Shown here: piece by piece, positions 1 to 7,668 of the stretch
Position numbering within the stretch: the stretch's first letter is position 1
How the letters are laid out: every line of letters begins with the position of its first letter
Virus record (IMG/VR): IMGVR_UViG_2671180456_000012
Source of the DNA: a virus
Taxonomy: Duplodnaviria > Heunggongvirae > Uroviricota > Caudoviricetes
Strand: one strand, 5' to 3'
Length of the DNA: 36,283 nucleotides
The notes under the pieces: model-generated
Database searches by the model: none
Told to the model about the DNA's origin: nothing
What the model saw: only the letters and a program-made list of their open reading frames with translations
Program-made: the position numbers and the translations under genes

Positions 1-41
1 ATTAAGCTCCTTAAAAGCGCCCATAGTGGGCGCTATTGTTT
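1..41 (-). terminator. Intercistronic hairpin + U-run + AAGGAG SD cassette (30-bp repeat, copy 1)
   Basis: Positions 1-30 are identical to 271-300. The minus-strand RNA would fold GCGCCCA-loop-UGGGCGC (16-34), followed by UUUU and AAGGAG. The gene it would serve starts just outside the window. Confidence 0.4.
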
Positions 42-269
42 TTATTTTTCTAAGTGAATATTAAAGCCAGCGTTTAAAAATTCTTGAAGCATTAAAGTTA
101 CATCAGCTTCATGGATTCCTGCGCGCGCTCTATGTTCTACGTCATTGATGTTTATTTTAAACGTTGTTTCGTCAACCACTTCAGAACTTAGAGCATACCC
201 AGCTAAACCAGCAATATCATAAACAAGAGTATGATTGTTGATATTTACGCCAGAGATGAAAATAACCAT
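42..269 (-). CDS. Hypothetical small protein (about 75 aa)
   Basis: Track ORF 42..320. The internal ATG at 269 (MVIFISG...) is the likely start because AAGGAG lies 7 nt upstream inside the repeat cassette; the longer N-terminus is translated from repeat sequence containing an N. No recognisable domain. Confidence 0.5.
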   Translation of the reverse strand: MVIFISGVNINNHTLVYDIAGLAGYALSSEVVDETTFKININDVEHRARAGIHEADVTLMLQEFLNAGFNIHLEK

Positions 270-270
270 G

Positions 271-323
271 ATTAAGCTCCTTAAAAGCGCCCATAGTGGG
301 NAGTGGGCGCCAGATTCCATTAA
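271..323 (-). terminator. Intercistronic hairpin + SD cassette (30-bp repeat, copy 2)
   Basis: 271-300 is identical to 1-30. The hairpin is interrupted by an N at 301, with an apparent duplication of agtgggcgc after it. Provides the SD for the 42..269 gene. Confidence 0.4.
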
Positions 324-974
324 TTACGCTTTGAAAGCATCAGCCAGATAGTTATAGAAATCATTTTTAATAAAGCGATATTGCTGCGTACCAGCTTTTG
401 CGCTTCCCATTCCTTTGACTTTCTCAACAAGTCCAAGACGTTCGCAAAGATTGATCAACTGGTTGGCTTGAGTATAGCCAGCGTCCAATTTAATTTCACA
501 CGCTTTTTTAGCTTCATTCATTAAATCGAAAACAGCGCCATTAGTGAACGTGTCGATCTCGTCGTTAATCATATCGATTAATGCGAATACACGAGATCCT
601 GACATATCAGCGACGGAATAAGTGCATTTGCCAGATTTAATTGATTTAACCAGATAAACCAGTTTTTCCAGAGAATAACTATTAGTCATTGCATCACGGA
701 AAAATACTTCTGGCGCTTGTTTGCTTGCTTTAATCGCATAGTAGAAAACAGAGCATAATTTTTCGTCTTCTACAGCGTTTACAACGTTGTTGATGAAGTA
801 AGCAAGTTTAGTGGTCGCAGCTTGCATATTTGCTTTGTCTGCTTTAGTGTGCGTACCATTTTTATAATGTTCGTTATATGTTTGAGTTGCCAGATCTGCT
901 TTTTCGCGCAGTTCATCGGATACAATGGAAGCAGCTTCAACGATGGATTTTTTAGAAATGATAATGTTAGCCAT
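324..974 (-). CDS. Hypothetical protein (216 aa)
   Basis: Long minus-strand ORF with AAGGA about 9 nt upstream of the ATG; an AT-rich promoter-like region lies upstream (975-1235). No motif recognised. Confidence 0.6.
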   Translation of the reverse strand: MANIIISKKSIVEAASIVSDELREKADLATQTYNEHYKNGTHTKADKANMQAATTKLAYFINNVVNAVEDEKLCSVFYYAIKASKQAPEVFFRDAMTNSYSLEKLVYLVKSIKSGKCTYSVADMSGSRVFALIDMINDEIDTFTNGAVFDLMNEAKKACEIKLDAGYTQANQLINLCERLGLVEKVKGMGSAKAGTQQYRFIKNDFYNYLADAFKA

Positions 975-1132
975 GATAATTTTTCCTTATGTAAATTTAA
1001 AATTTATTGTCGTTAGCGTCTTCGCTTTCGACGAGTTCAATTATCGATATGCGAAAAAAGATTGCAAGTGTTTTTTTAAATTTTTTTGCAGGGATGAAAG
1101 TCCTAGAAATAAAAGCGAGATCGTCGAAGGTG

Positions 1133-1143
1133 NNNNNNNNNNN
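1133..1143. other. Assembly gap (11 N) flanked by a tcgaaggtg direct repeat
   Basis: N run seen directly; the same 9-mer occurs on both sides. Confidence 0.9.
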
Positions 1144-1235
1144 TCGAAGGTGTTCCCTAAATAAATAATCGATTCCGGCTTTCGACCTTATATATATTTA
1201 GGTTATTTGATTTGTAGATATAAAGAAGTGATGTG

Positions 1236-1266
1236 AAAAATAATAACCGGACTTAGCCGGTTATTA
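1236..1266 (-). terminator. Rho-independent terminator of the leftward operon
   Basis: 10-bp inverted repeat taataaccgg / ccggttatta (1241-1266) with a 6-nt loop, followed on the minus strand by UUUUU (1236-1240). It lies 12 nt downstream of the stop of the 1278..1586 gene. Confidence 0.6.
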
Positions 1267-1277
1267 ACCTTATAGAT

Positions 1278-1586
1278 TTATTGAACAGACTCTACAGCCT
1301 TACGATTGGTGTCAAATAGCGCATCAACGAACTGTGCCGATGACTCGCTAGATTCGCAATCCAACATTGCCCGTTCTTCATTTGCCACTTTCTTACACAG
1401 TTCCACACTCTCACCTATCGCTTTTCCTGCTTTTACGGCTGCCGAAAATTGATACATGCAAACTGATACATTCTGAGACGTTGAGCACACATCATTCATC
1501 AGCGATTGAATGACAGGCTTATAGTCCATTGCATTTGCCGCAACTGAGCAAAGTAAAAATAATGGTGGTAACAATATCGATTTCAT
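1278..1586 (-). CDS. Secreted/periplasmic Cys-rich small protein (102 aa)
   Basis: N-terminal signal peptide (MKSILLPPLFLLCSVAANA, A-x-A cleavage motif), five Cys in the mature part; start close to the upstream gene stop. Confidence 0.6.
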   Translation of the reverse strand: MKSILLPPLFLLCSVAANAMDYKPVIQSLMNDVCSTSQNVSVCMYQFSAAVKAGKAIGESVELCKKVANEERAMLDCESSESSAQFVDALFDTNRKAVESVQ

Positions 1587-1589
1587 AAC

Positions 1590-2114
1590 TCAAAAAGGCA
1601 AAATTCGTTCAACCCAATCGAACAAAACAACTATTTTTCTACCGTTCTCGACACGTAGTGTAACCTGACAAGCATCTGCGCCTGCTGACACCCCCTCAAT
1701 TTCACGGCCATCCGCCATGTACACCCTTATAGATTTGTTTGCTTTGTAGGCTTGGTTGCAAATTGCAAAAAAATCGCGGCGTGATGGCCGATTATCGACA
1801 TAATCAGGGTGAACTGTTAGTCGACCTTTGAAATCGTGAGCGATACTGTCAACCACACCTGATTCAATTGTACTAATGCGTTCAAGTGGGAGCCTTATAC
1901 GATTTTCTTTGTCAAAAGGGGCTGGGCAAAGGTCAACTTTGTTACGAGATGGCATGAGGCCATAAACGTACATGCAAAACGCCTGGCCATCTTCGAGAGT
2001 GACCCTTACAGGAATTTGTTCTCTGCGCCAGAACATCAGTAGTTTTTCAACGTTAGTGTAATCTCGCGGCCAGAGTTCAGCTTGGATACCGTAGGTAATA
2101 TCTTTGGTTGTCAT
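1590..2114 (-). CDS. Hypothetical protein (174 aa; alternative longer start at 2192)
   Basis: Track ORF 1590..2192. The ATG at 2114 (MTTKDITYG...) sits 4 nt after the TGA stop of the upstream lipoprotein gene (TGAtgacATG), which suggests coupling. No motif recognised. Confidence 0.55.
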   Translation of the reverse strand: MTTKDITYGIQAELWPRDYTNVEKLLMFWRREQIPVRVTLEDGQAFCMYVYGLMPSRNKVDLCPAPFDKENRIRLPLERISTIESGVVDSIAHDFKGRLTVHPDYVDNRPSRRDFFAICNQAYKANKSIRVYMADGREIEGVSAGADACQVTLRVENGRKIVVLFDWVERILPF

Positions 2115-2118
2115 GTCA

Positions 2119-2583
2119 TCACAGAGTTGTTGGCAGAATGTCGATGTCACCAGAATTGCTGGTGAACACCCTGAATGCTTTTGTGTCTCCATTCTTCAGA
2201 GTCGTTTCTCGCTCTTGACGAGCGGGGTTTAGAGCACATAAACCTGCACCTTCAAGAGATGCACCCACAATTAATTCTCCGGCATTTAAATGGAAAGTCG
2301 CTTTTTCGCCTGTAGCCAGTTTTGCGACAGTTTCGCCGTTGATGAAAATGGAAGCATCACATCCAGCTCCTACAAAACCTGTGTCTCTCATTACCACCAA
2401 CGTAGCTGGCGCTGCGCTTTGATACTTGAACACTTTGGCCTGCGGTGCTGGTTTGGCGTCATGGATTGATATTGGGCGTGATTGGCACGCGGCAAGCATC
2501 AACACTGGTAACGTTAGTAGAGGGAGAAGCGAGTATTTCATGATAGTTTTAGAACAGAAAGTGAACAGTATGGGAGACTTCAT
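2119..2583 (-). CDS. Lipoprotein (candidate superinfection-exclusion protein)
   Basis: Hydrophobic h-region followed by the lipobox L-A-A-C (..LPVLMLAACQS). The start at 2583 has a strong GGGAGA SD 5 nt upstream; an alternative start at 2541 (MKYSLL..) gives a classical 20-aa signal peptide. Confidence 0.65.
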   Translation of the reverse strand: MKSPILFTFCSKTIMKYSLLPLLTLPVLMLAACQSRPISIHDAKPAPQAKVFKYQSAAPATLVVMRDTGFVGAGCDASIFINGETVAKLATGEKATFHLNAGELIVGASLEGAGLCALNPARQERETTLKNGDTKAFRVFTSNSGDIDILPTTL

Positions 2584-2609
2584 CTTTGTCTCCCTAATTG
2601 ATAGCGTGA

Positions 2610-2888
2610 TTATTTTAATCTGCTTAATAGCGTTTCGAGATCTTCCTTTGTCATATTAGAGTTCTCATAGATACGCATGATTTTCTCACGAGTCTTAGCG
2701 GAAGCCCCGACAGAAGATATAACCTTGTCAAAGTCGGCCATTGTCAATTGTTCCAGAATGGTATTTATGACTTCAGCCTTAGACATTTTGATATTTTTTT
2801 CTTTTAGTTTCACTTGAAACTTTCCAAGTTTGTCATTGGCCTTATCAGACAATGCTACCTGACAGTAAGTTGTTTTCTTTTCACTCAT
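2610..2888 (-). CDS. Ribbon-helix-helix (Arc/CopG-like) DNA-binding protein, putative
   Basis: 92 aa; N-terminal beta-strand (TYCQVALS) followed by two helices, the typical RHH pattern. Sits immediately downstream of the helicase. Confidence 0.5.
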   Translation of the reverse strand: MSEKKTTYCQVALSDKANDKLGKFQVKLKEKNIKMSKAEVINTILEQLTMADFDKVISSVGASAKTREKIMRIYENSNMTKEDLETLLSRLK

Positions 2889-2890
2889 AA

Positions 2891-4450
2891 CTAATCTCGT
2901 TTCAGAACTCCAAAATCGAATGCTCCATCAATAGGCAATACACCTTCTGCAAAGCCAGGTGTGGTGTCGATGATGTGTTTTCGCTCATAAGAGTGAGACA
3001 ACAGGTATTTGTTGCTAATGTCAATGAAATCAGTGATAAAACACACGTTTGCCTGATTTTTTTTGGCTCGTAAGCCACGACCGACACGCTGTCTCATTTC
3101 AACTTCTGCTTTCCCACCACCAGCAAGAATGACCGCACCAACGCTTGGCACATCAACACCAACATCCAGAATAGTCGAGCCTATTAAAACATCTATTTCA
3201 CCAGACGCTAAACTATTCAGCTTTGCTTGCCTTGTCGTCTGGTTAGATTCCCCATAGATGAAATCAACTTTAAGACCTGACTCCTTCATCATCTCCATCA
3301 GGATTTGCCCGTGGCGTTTAAGACGAACCAGAGTCATACAATTGAGAGAATGTTGCTTATAGAGCAATGCTTCGCGCACAATGGCCTCGTTACGTCCCAA
3401 ATTATACACGATCCCCAACTGATAAGCCTTTTGGTAGGCAGTGCTCATACCTACTCTAAAATTGAGGTGTTTGTTGGCAAGTTCTGCCTTGATTCTGACC
3501 TCGTCCGGTTTGTAGGCAACTTTATGATAAAGGAAGTACGGCTTTGCCAGAATGCCTCGATCAATCAGGTACTTTTCTGTGACTTTAATTTCAATTCGCC
3601 CGGCCACCGCCATCAGGCGCATGTTGGCTTCCGTCGAATCCTTCATGAACGGCGTGGCCGTAAGCGCCAGACGATAGTCTGCGTTCACACATAATCTGGC
3701 AATGTCATAGAAATTAGAGCCTGAAGACTCATGCGCTTCTTCCAGAATAAGCAGAGACACACTTGAAAGGAAGCGTTTCACCAACTCCCGACGTTTGAGG
3801 TGGTAGCTCTTTTTATCTGGTGTTGCATCGCGTGGTGGTTCTTCGAGGAAACTTGCAAGAGTTTGAACTGTAGCGACGTTGATATGTCGTGATACCTGGA
3901 ACTCACCCGAGCCAATGACTCCAACCTTTTGGTCTTTTAACCACGGTTCGCCATTTTCGGCGCGGTAGTCGATGGATCTCTGGAAGTTTTCGGCCATTTG
4001 AAACATCAGAACAGAGCGGGTTGTTAAAAATAATGTCATTCGACCGATACGTGCAGCTGCTTTGCAGGCAACGTTAGATTTCCCGCCACCAGTAGCGATC
4101 TGCGCAATCATCATTCCCTCTCGAACCAGTGTTTCCACAGTCTGATCCTGATACGCATAATCAGGATTGTATGGGAATGGGTTAACCGCCGGATTTGGTT
4201 TACCAAGCGCCGGGGCTTTGTCTTTGCGGATATGAACACATTTGATGCCCGCCTTGTTCAAGTTCGCCGCTACAGGCTTGGCAAAGCCAGCAGGGAACGA
4301 GTTTTTACTCCAGTTGAACATCGTGCTTGTGCCCTTCCAGTCGCCAGTCTCGACTTCGTAGCTCAACATCTGTTGCACCATTTGCTTTACCTTGTCATCT
4401 GCGCCAGAAATAAGCGCATTAACTGCGTTAGATACAATCCGAACAGTCAT
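2891..4450 (-). CDS. SF2 DNA/RNA helicase (DEAH-type)
   Basis: 519 aa with Walker A (TGGGKSN), motif II (LILEEAHESS), motif III (TATP) and motif VI (QRVGRGLR); AAGGAAAGAGG SD upstream. Confidence 0.85.
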   Translation of the reverse strand: MTVRIVSNAVNALISGADDKVKQMVQQMLSYEVETGDWKGTSTMFNWSKNSFPAGFAKPVAANLNKAGIKCVHIRKDKAPALGKPNPAVNPFPYNPDYAYQDQTVETLVREGMMIAQIATGGGKSNVACKAAARIGRMTLFLTTRSVLMFQMAENFQRSIDYRAENGEPWLKDQKVGVIGSGEFQVSRHINVATVQTLASFLEEPPRDATPDKKSYHLKRRELVKRFLSSVSLLILEEAHESSGSNFYDIARLCVNADYRLALTATPFMKDSTEANMRLMAVAGRIEIKVTEKYLIDRGILAKPYFLYHKVAYKPDEVRIKAELANKHLNFRVGMSTAYQKAYQLGIVYNLGRNEAIVREALLYKQHSLNCMTLVRLKRHGQILMEMMKESGLKVDFIYGESNQTTRQAKLNSLASGEIDVLIGSTILDVGVDVPSVGAVILAGGGKAEVEMRQRVGRGLRAKKNQANVCFITDFIDISNKYLLSHSYERKHIIDTTPGFAEGVLPIDGAFDFGVLKRD

Positions 4451-4468
4451 AAACCTCTTTCCTTAGTG

Positions 4469-4514
4469 CCTTTTGTATGTTATTTGGCTATTATAATAAG
4501 TAAGTGATTACTTA
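4469..4514. promoter_or_regulatory. Divergent promoter region with overlapping -10 elements and a TAAGTA-N6-TACTTA palindrome
   Basis: ATTATAAT at 4490-4497 reads as TATAAT on both strands. The palindrome taagta(4497-4502)/tactta(4509-4514) is at the predicted rightward start site. Only 64 bp separate the helicase and ParB starts. Confidence 0.35.
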
Positions 4515-5213
4515 GTGGATTGTAGCAATAAAATGGATGTAAAAATCACGATTTTGCAGGTTGATGTTGCCAACCTTCGCCCGAATACCTGGAACACCAA
4601 TTCGGTTGGTGCGCAGAATTTTGAAAAACTGAAAGGTTCTATCGAAAAATTGGGCTTTTTTAAGCCAATTTTGGCTCGTGAACTTGAAGATGGATTTTTT
4701 GAAATCCTCGGCGGCGAACATCGCTGGCGTGCTGCTATTGAGCAAGGAATTTCAACGGTTCCGGTGCTTTCTGTGGGCAAAATTAGCGATGTCGTAGCTA
4801 AACAGATGTCACTGGTGGACAACGAGCGATACGGTGAAGACGACCAAATCGCATTGCAACGCTTCATTGAAGAAATTCAGTCAGAACTTGACTATCAACT
4901 GTCTGAAATCGCCCCGTATGACGACGAAATCTCGATGGTTTTAGCAAAAGAGGCGGCAATCGACCTTGAAGCACTGGAGGCGTTGTCTCGTGGTAGTGAT
5001 GAGCCTGTCGATACCGACAAACGAGAGAAAACCGAACGTGTGGGTGCGGAACATCAGACCATGCGCTTCAAAGTAACTTTCGATGCGTCAGATCGTGTTG
5101 CAGAAACCATAAAAAACATCATCAAAGAGCAGGCTATTAACACCGGTAATGAAATGGAGAACGCTGGTGAGGCTCTGGTGTGGCTGGTCGACTACTACAA
5201 GGAGCGTATGTAA
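4515..5213 (+). CDS. ParB-like nuclease-domain protein 1
   Basis: N-terminal ParB/Srx fold motif (FEILGGEHRWRAAIEQGISTVPV) and an acidic C-terminal half. The track start is GTG at 4515; the ATG at 4533 is an alternative. Confidence 0.8.
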   Translation: MDCSNKMDVKITILQVDVANLRPNTWNTNSVGAQNFEKLKGSIEKLGFFKPILARELEDGFFEILGGEHRWRAAIEQGISTVPVLSVGKISDVVAKQMSLVDNERYGEDDQIALQRFIEEIQSELDYQLSEIAPYDDEISMVLAKEAAIDLEALEALSRGSDEPVDTDKREKTERVGAEHQTMRFKVTFDASDRVAETIKNIIKEQAINTGNEMENAGEALVWLVDYYKERM

Positions 5214-5881
5214 TGACCAAAAAGTTTGAAATCGTATATCGCGACCCGGCAGATCTTATTCCCTATGAGATGAATGCCAAAAAGCATGATGAACAGCAGA
5301 TCCGAGATCTAGCCGCAGCCATTAAAAAGCGCGGATTTGACCAGCCAATTACGGTCGATAAGAACGACGTAATTATTACTGGCCACGGCCGCCGTGAGGC
5401 TGCAATTTTTGCTGGACTTGAGCGCGTACCGGTTATTGTTCGCGATGATCTCAGTGATGACGAGGTTCGTGCGAAGCGCCTTGAAGATAACCGACTTGCC
5501 AGCATTGATTACGATGCAATTAAGCTACAGAAAGAGCTTGAGTCGCTTGTTCTGGACGATATCGAGGTTTTCGGCTTTGAAGAGCGTGAGTTGAATGTTC
5601 TCGTTGGCAGTATGACAGAAGAAATGGACACCGACTCGCTAGTTATCGATCTTGGCGAAGAAACTAAACGACAGAAGGATGAACACACCGAGATCAGTCG
5701 TGAAGTTGCAGCGGAAGAAGTACGTGTTGTCGACGTATTGGGCTTTAAAACGCTCCCTGCTGGCTCTGCCATTGTTGTTGGTGATTTGCTTGCCCACATG
5801 GAAGAAATGACGGGAGAAAGCGGGGTAGACGCATTTGTGGCATATGCGGAGAAGATCTCTTCCGGGGAGATGGCTGCATGA
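5213..5881 (+). CDS. ParB-like nuclease-domain protein 2
   Basis: Motif IITGHGRREAAIFAGLERVPVIV. The ATG at 5213 overlaps the upstream stop (taATGa) with AAGGAG 8 nt upstream; the track ORF 5180..5881 is the same frame with an earlier start. Confidence 0.8.
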   Translation: MTKKFEIVYRDPADLIPYEMNAKKHDEQQIRDLAAAIKKRGFDQPITVDKNDVIITGHGRREAAIFAGLERVPVIVRDDLSDDEVRAKRLEDNRLASIDYDAIKLQKELESLVLDDIEVFGFEERELNVLVGSMTEEMDTDSLVIDLGEETKRQKDEHTEISREVAAEEVRVVDVLGFKTLPAGSAIVVGDLLAHMEEMTGESGVDAFVAYAEKISSGEMAA

Positions 5882-6516
5882 GCAAATACATCATCAACGT
5901 ATCGTTTCAGACACGCGTAAATAAAACCACGCGCACGTTGGAAATCGCTGAGTCGTTCGGGCTTGGTCTGGACGAAAAAGAGTGGACGCTTTACGACAAT
6001 CTGGAGCTGGAAGTGAAGCAGGGCGATGTGGTGTACATCACAGGCCAATCCGGATCCGGCAAATCCGTTGTGCTGCGCGAGTTGCAACGACAGATGAAGG
6101 ATGAAGGGCTGTCTGTAGCCTCCATCGATGATTTTACCTTCGATAATGAGGTTAACGTCATCGATCAGTTGGGCAAAACGACCAGTGATGCGCTTGGGTT
6201 GTTATCTATGGCTGGTCTGAACGATGCATATCTGTTTGTTCGCAAGCCTTCTGAAATGTCAGACGGCCAGAAATATCGTCTCAAGATTGCCAAACTGATT
6301 GAGTCAGGCGCTAAAGTGTGGGCTGCTGACGAGTTCGGGGCTGTTCTAGACCGTGTAACCGCTCAAGTTGTGGCATCTAACCTCCAGCGTGCCGCTCGAA
6401 AGGTTGGTGCGACGGTAATGGTGGCGACGACTCACGAAGACCTGAAGAACGCGCTGCGCCCGGATATGCAGATCACCAAGCACTACAAAGAACGCGTGAA
6501 GGTGGAATATGCCTGA
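5878..6516 (+). CDS. Stand-alone ABC-type ATPase (nucleotide-binding domain only)
   Basis: 212 aa with Walker A (GQSGSGKS), ABC signature-like MSDGQKYR, Walker B with D-loop (VWAADEFGAVLD) and H-loop (VATTHE), at canonical NBD spacing. Start overlaps the upstream stop (ATGA). Confidence 0.75.
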   Translation: MSKYIINVSFQTRVNKTTRTLEIAESFGLGLDEKEWTLYDNLELEVKQGDVVYITGQSGSGKSVVLRELQRQMKDEGLSVASIDDFTFDNEVNVIDQLGKTTSDALGLLSMAGLNDAYLFVRKPSEMSDGQKYRLKIAKLIESGAKVWAADEFGAVLDRVTAQVVASNLQRAARKVGATVMVATTHEDLKNALRPDMQITKHYKERVKVEYA

Positions 6517-6763
6517 TTTGAAGATCGTAGAGCTGAAGCCATCGAAAGAGGCTGACAACAACAACGTTGAAGTCATCCGCCTGCTGGAAGAAGCACTCCA
6601 GTACGCCAGAGAAGGCAAAAGCCAGAGCCTGGCACTGCTGATGATCAACAACGACGGCAGTGTGCTGGATTGCTGGCATAACGGTGGGCGTCCATACGTC
6701 ATGGTTGGGGCGATGGAATCGCTTCGCCTGGACTTCATCAATGCCAATATCGAGCGTAGGTGA
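6509..6763 (+). CDS. Hypothetical small protein (84 aa)
   Basis: Start overlaps the ATPase gene end and its stop overlaps the next gene start, i.e. translationally coupled within the operon. No motif recognised. Confidence 0.55.
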   Translation: MPDLKIVELKPSKEADNNNVEVIRLLEEALQYAREGKSQSLALLMINNDGSVLDCWHNGGRPYVMVGAMESLRLDFINANIERR

Positions 6764-6768
6764 TCGAC

Positions 6769-7659
6769 ATGACAGGCATCATCATCAAACGCTACCGCCC
6801 GGAAGAGTTCCCGCGTCATCTGGACTTTCTGGAGCGTATGACCGTTACCAAAGGCACGGTTGAAGACTGGCACGCGCTGAAGTCGCTGCACTACAAGACG
6901 GATGGTAAGCCGTTTGCGCCAACGTATTATCGCTGCGAACTGGACGACCGGCTGGTGGGCGTCGTGGTTATGGCTTACCCGAAACTGCTGCTGGCGCCTC
7001 GCCATCGCATGTTTCCTAAGCTGAAGCCAACCACCAATACCACCGTGGCCAACCAGTATTGGGGGCGGTACGTGAACAACAACTTTGCGGTGATCAGCCG
7101 TTCCGTTGTGGACACTCAGTACCGCGGTGTCGGCGTCTCCTATCGAATGATTAACCTGGTTAGCAGGATGCACGACCGGCCAATCATTGAGATCCAGTCC
7201 TCGATGAGCAAATACAATCCCTTCGCCATGAAAGCAGGGTTTAAGTTCATCCGCCCTGAGCGACCGAAGAGCTATGAAAGTGCACTGCGTGTATTCCAGC
7301 GCCATTTCCGTTCCGACCCGGGTGATAACGAGGCGATCGTCAAAGAGTTGTTCGCAATGAGCGAGTCTCGTCGTCGCCGTGCATTGCGTGATCTGGTGGC
7401 GGACTACCACAAGAACAGTTCCCTGGCAAAAGCTGGGCGGAATCGTGGCACGACGATTCAGGACATTGCCGACAGTCTGGTGGACGAGGCCAGCATTGTG
7501 AAGCTGCTCAAGGACATTCACAACCTGAGCTTTACGTCTCCGTTGTATGGTGTGTACCGAAACCCTGACTTTGGCCGTCGACTGCCTGACACGCTGCCAC
7601 TGCTGGCATTCGACAAACAACCTTTGGATAAACCGTTAGAAATTGCTTTACCGGCATAA
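6769..7659 (+). CDS. GNAT-fold acyltransferase-like protein with C-terminal extension
   Basis: Motif VISRSVVDTQYRGVGVSYRMINLV resembles GNAT motif A (Q/R-x-x-G-x-G/A). AGGTGA SD 5 nt before the ATG at 6769; the track starts at GTG 6760. Confidence 0.55.
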   Translation: MTGIIIKRYRPEEFPRHLDFLERMTVTKGTVEDWHALKSLHYKTDGKPFAPTYYRCELDDRLVGVVVMAYPKLLLAPRHRMFPKLKPTTNTTVANQYWGRYVNNNFAVISRSVVDTQYRGVGVSYRMINLVSRMHDRPIIEIQSSMSKYNPFAMKAGFKFIRPERPKSYESALRVFQRHFRSDPGDNEAIVKELFAMSESRRRRALRDLVADYHKNSSLAKAGRNRGTTIQDIADSLVDEASIVKLLKDIHNLSFTSPLYGVYRNPDFGRRLPDTLPLLAFDKQPLDKPLEIALPA

Positions 7660-7668
7660 GGATTTGCC

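Noticed and set aside
822-1164. Plus-strand ORFs 822..1016 and 925..1164
   Set aside because: They overlap the 5' end and promoter region of the minus-strand gene 324..974, and one reads through the N run; composition is not protein-like.
4515-6516. Classical parAB plasmid-type partition cassette
   Set aside because: The ATPase has ABC-type motifs (signature-like MSDGQ, H-loop) rather than a ParA-type deviant Walker A, and there are two ParB-like genes with no obvious repeated parS-like array nearby.
6346-7620. 424-aa ORF on the minus strand
   Set aside because: Entirely antisense to the ATPase, small-protein and GNAT-like genes, which have coupled starts and SD sequences; no SD and an odd, low-complexity composition. 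Read as a frame artefact.
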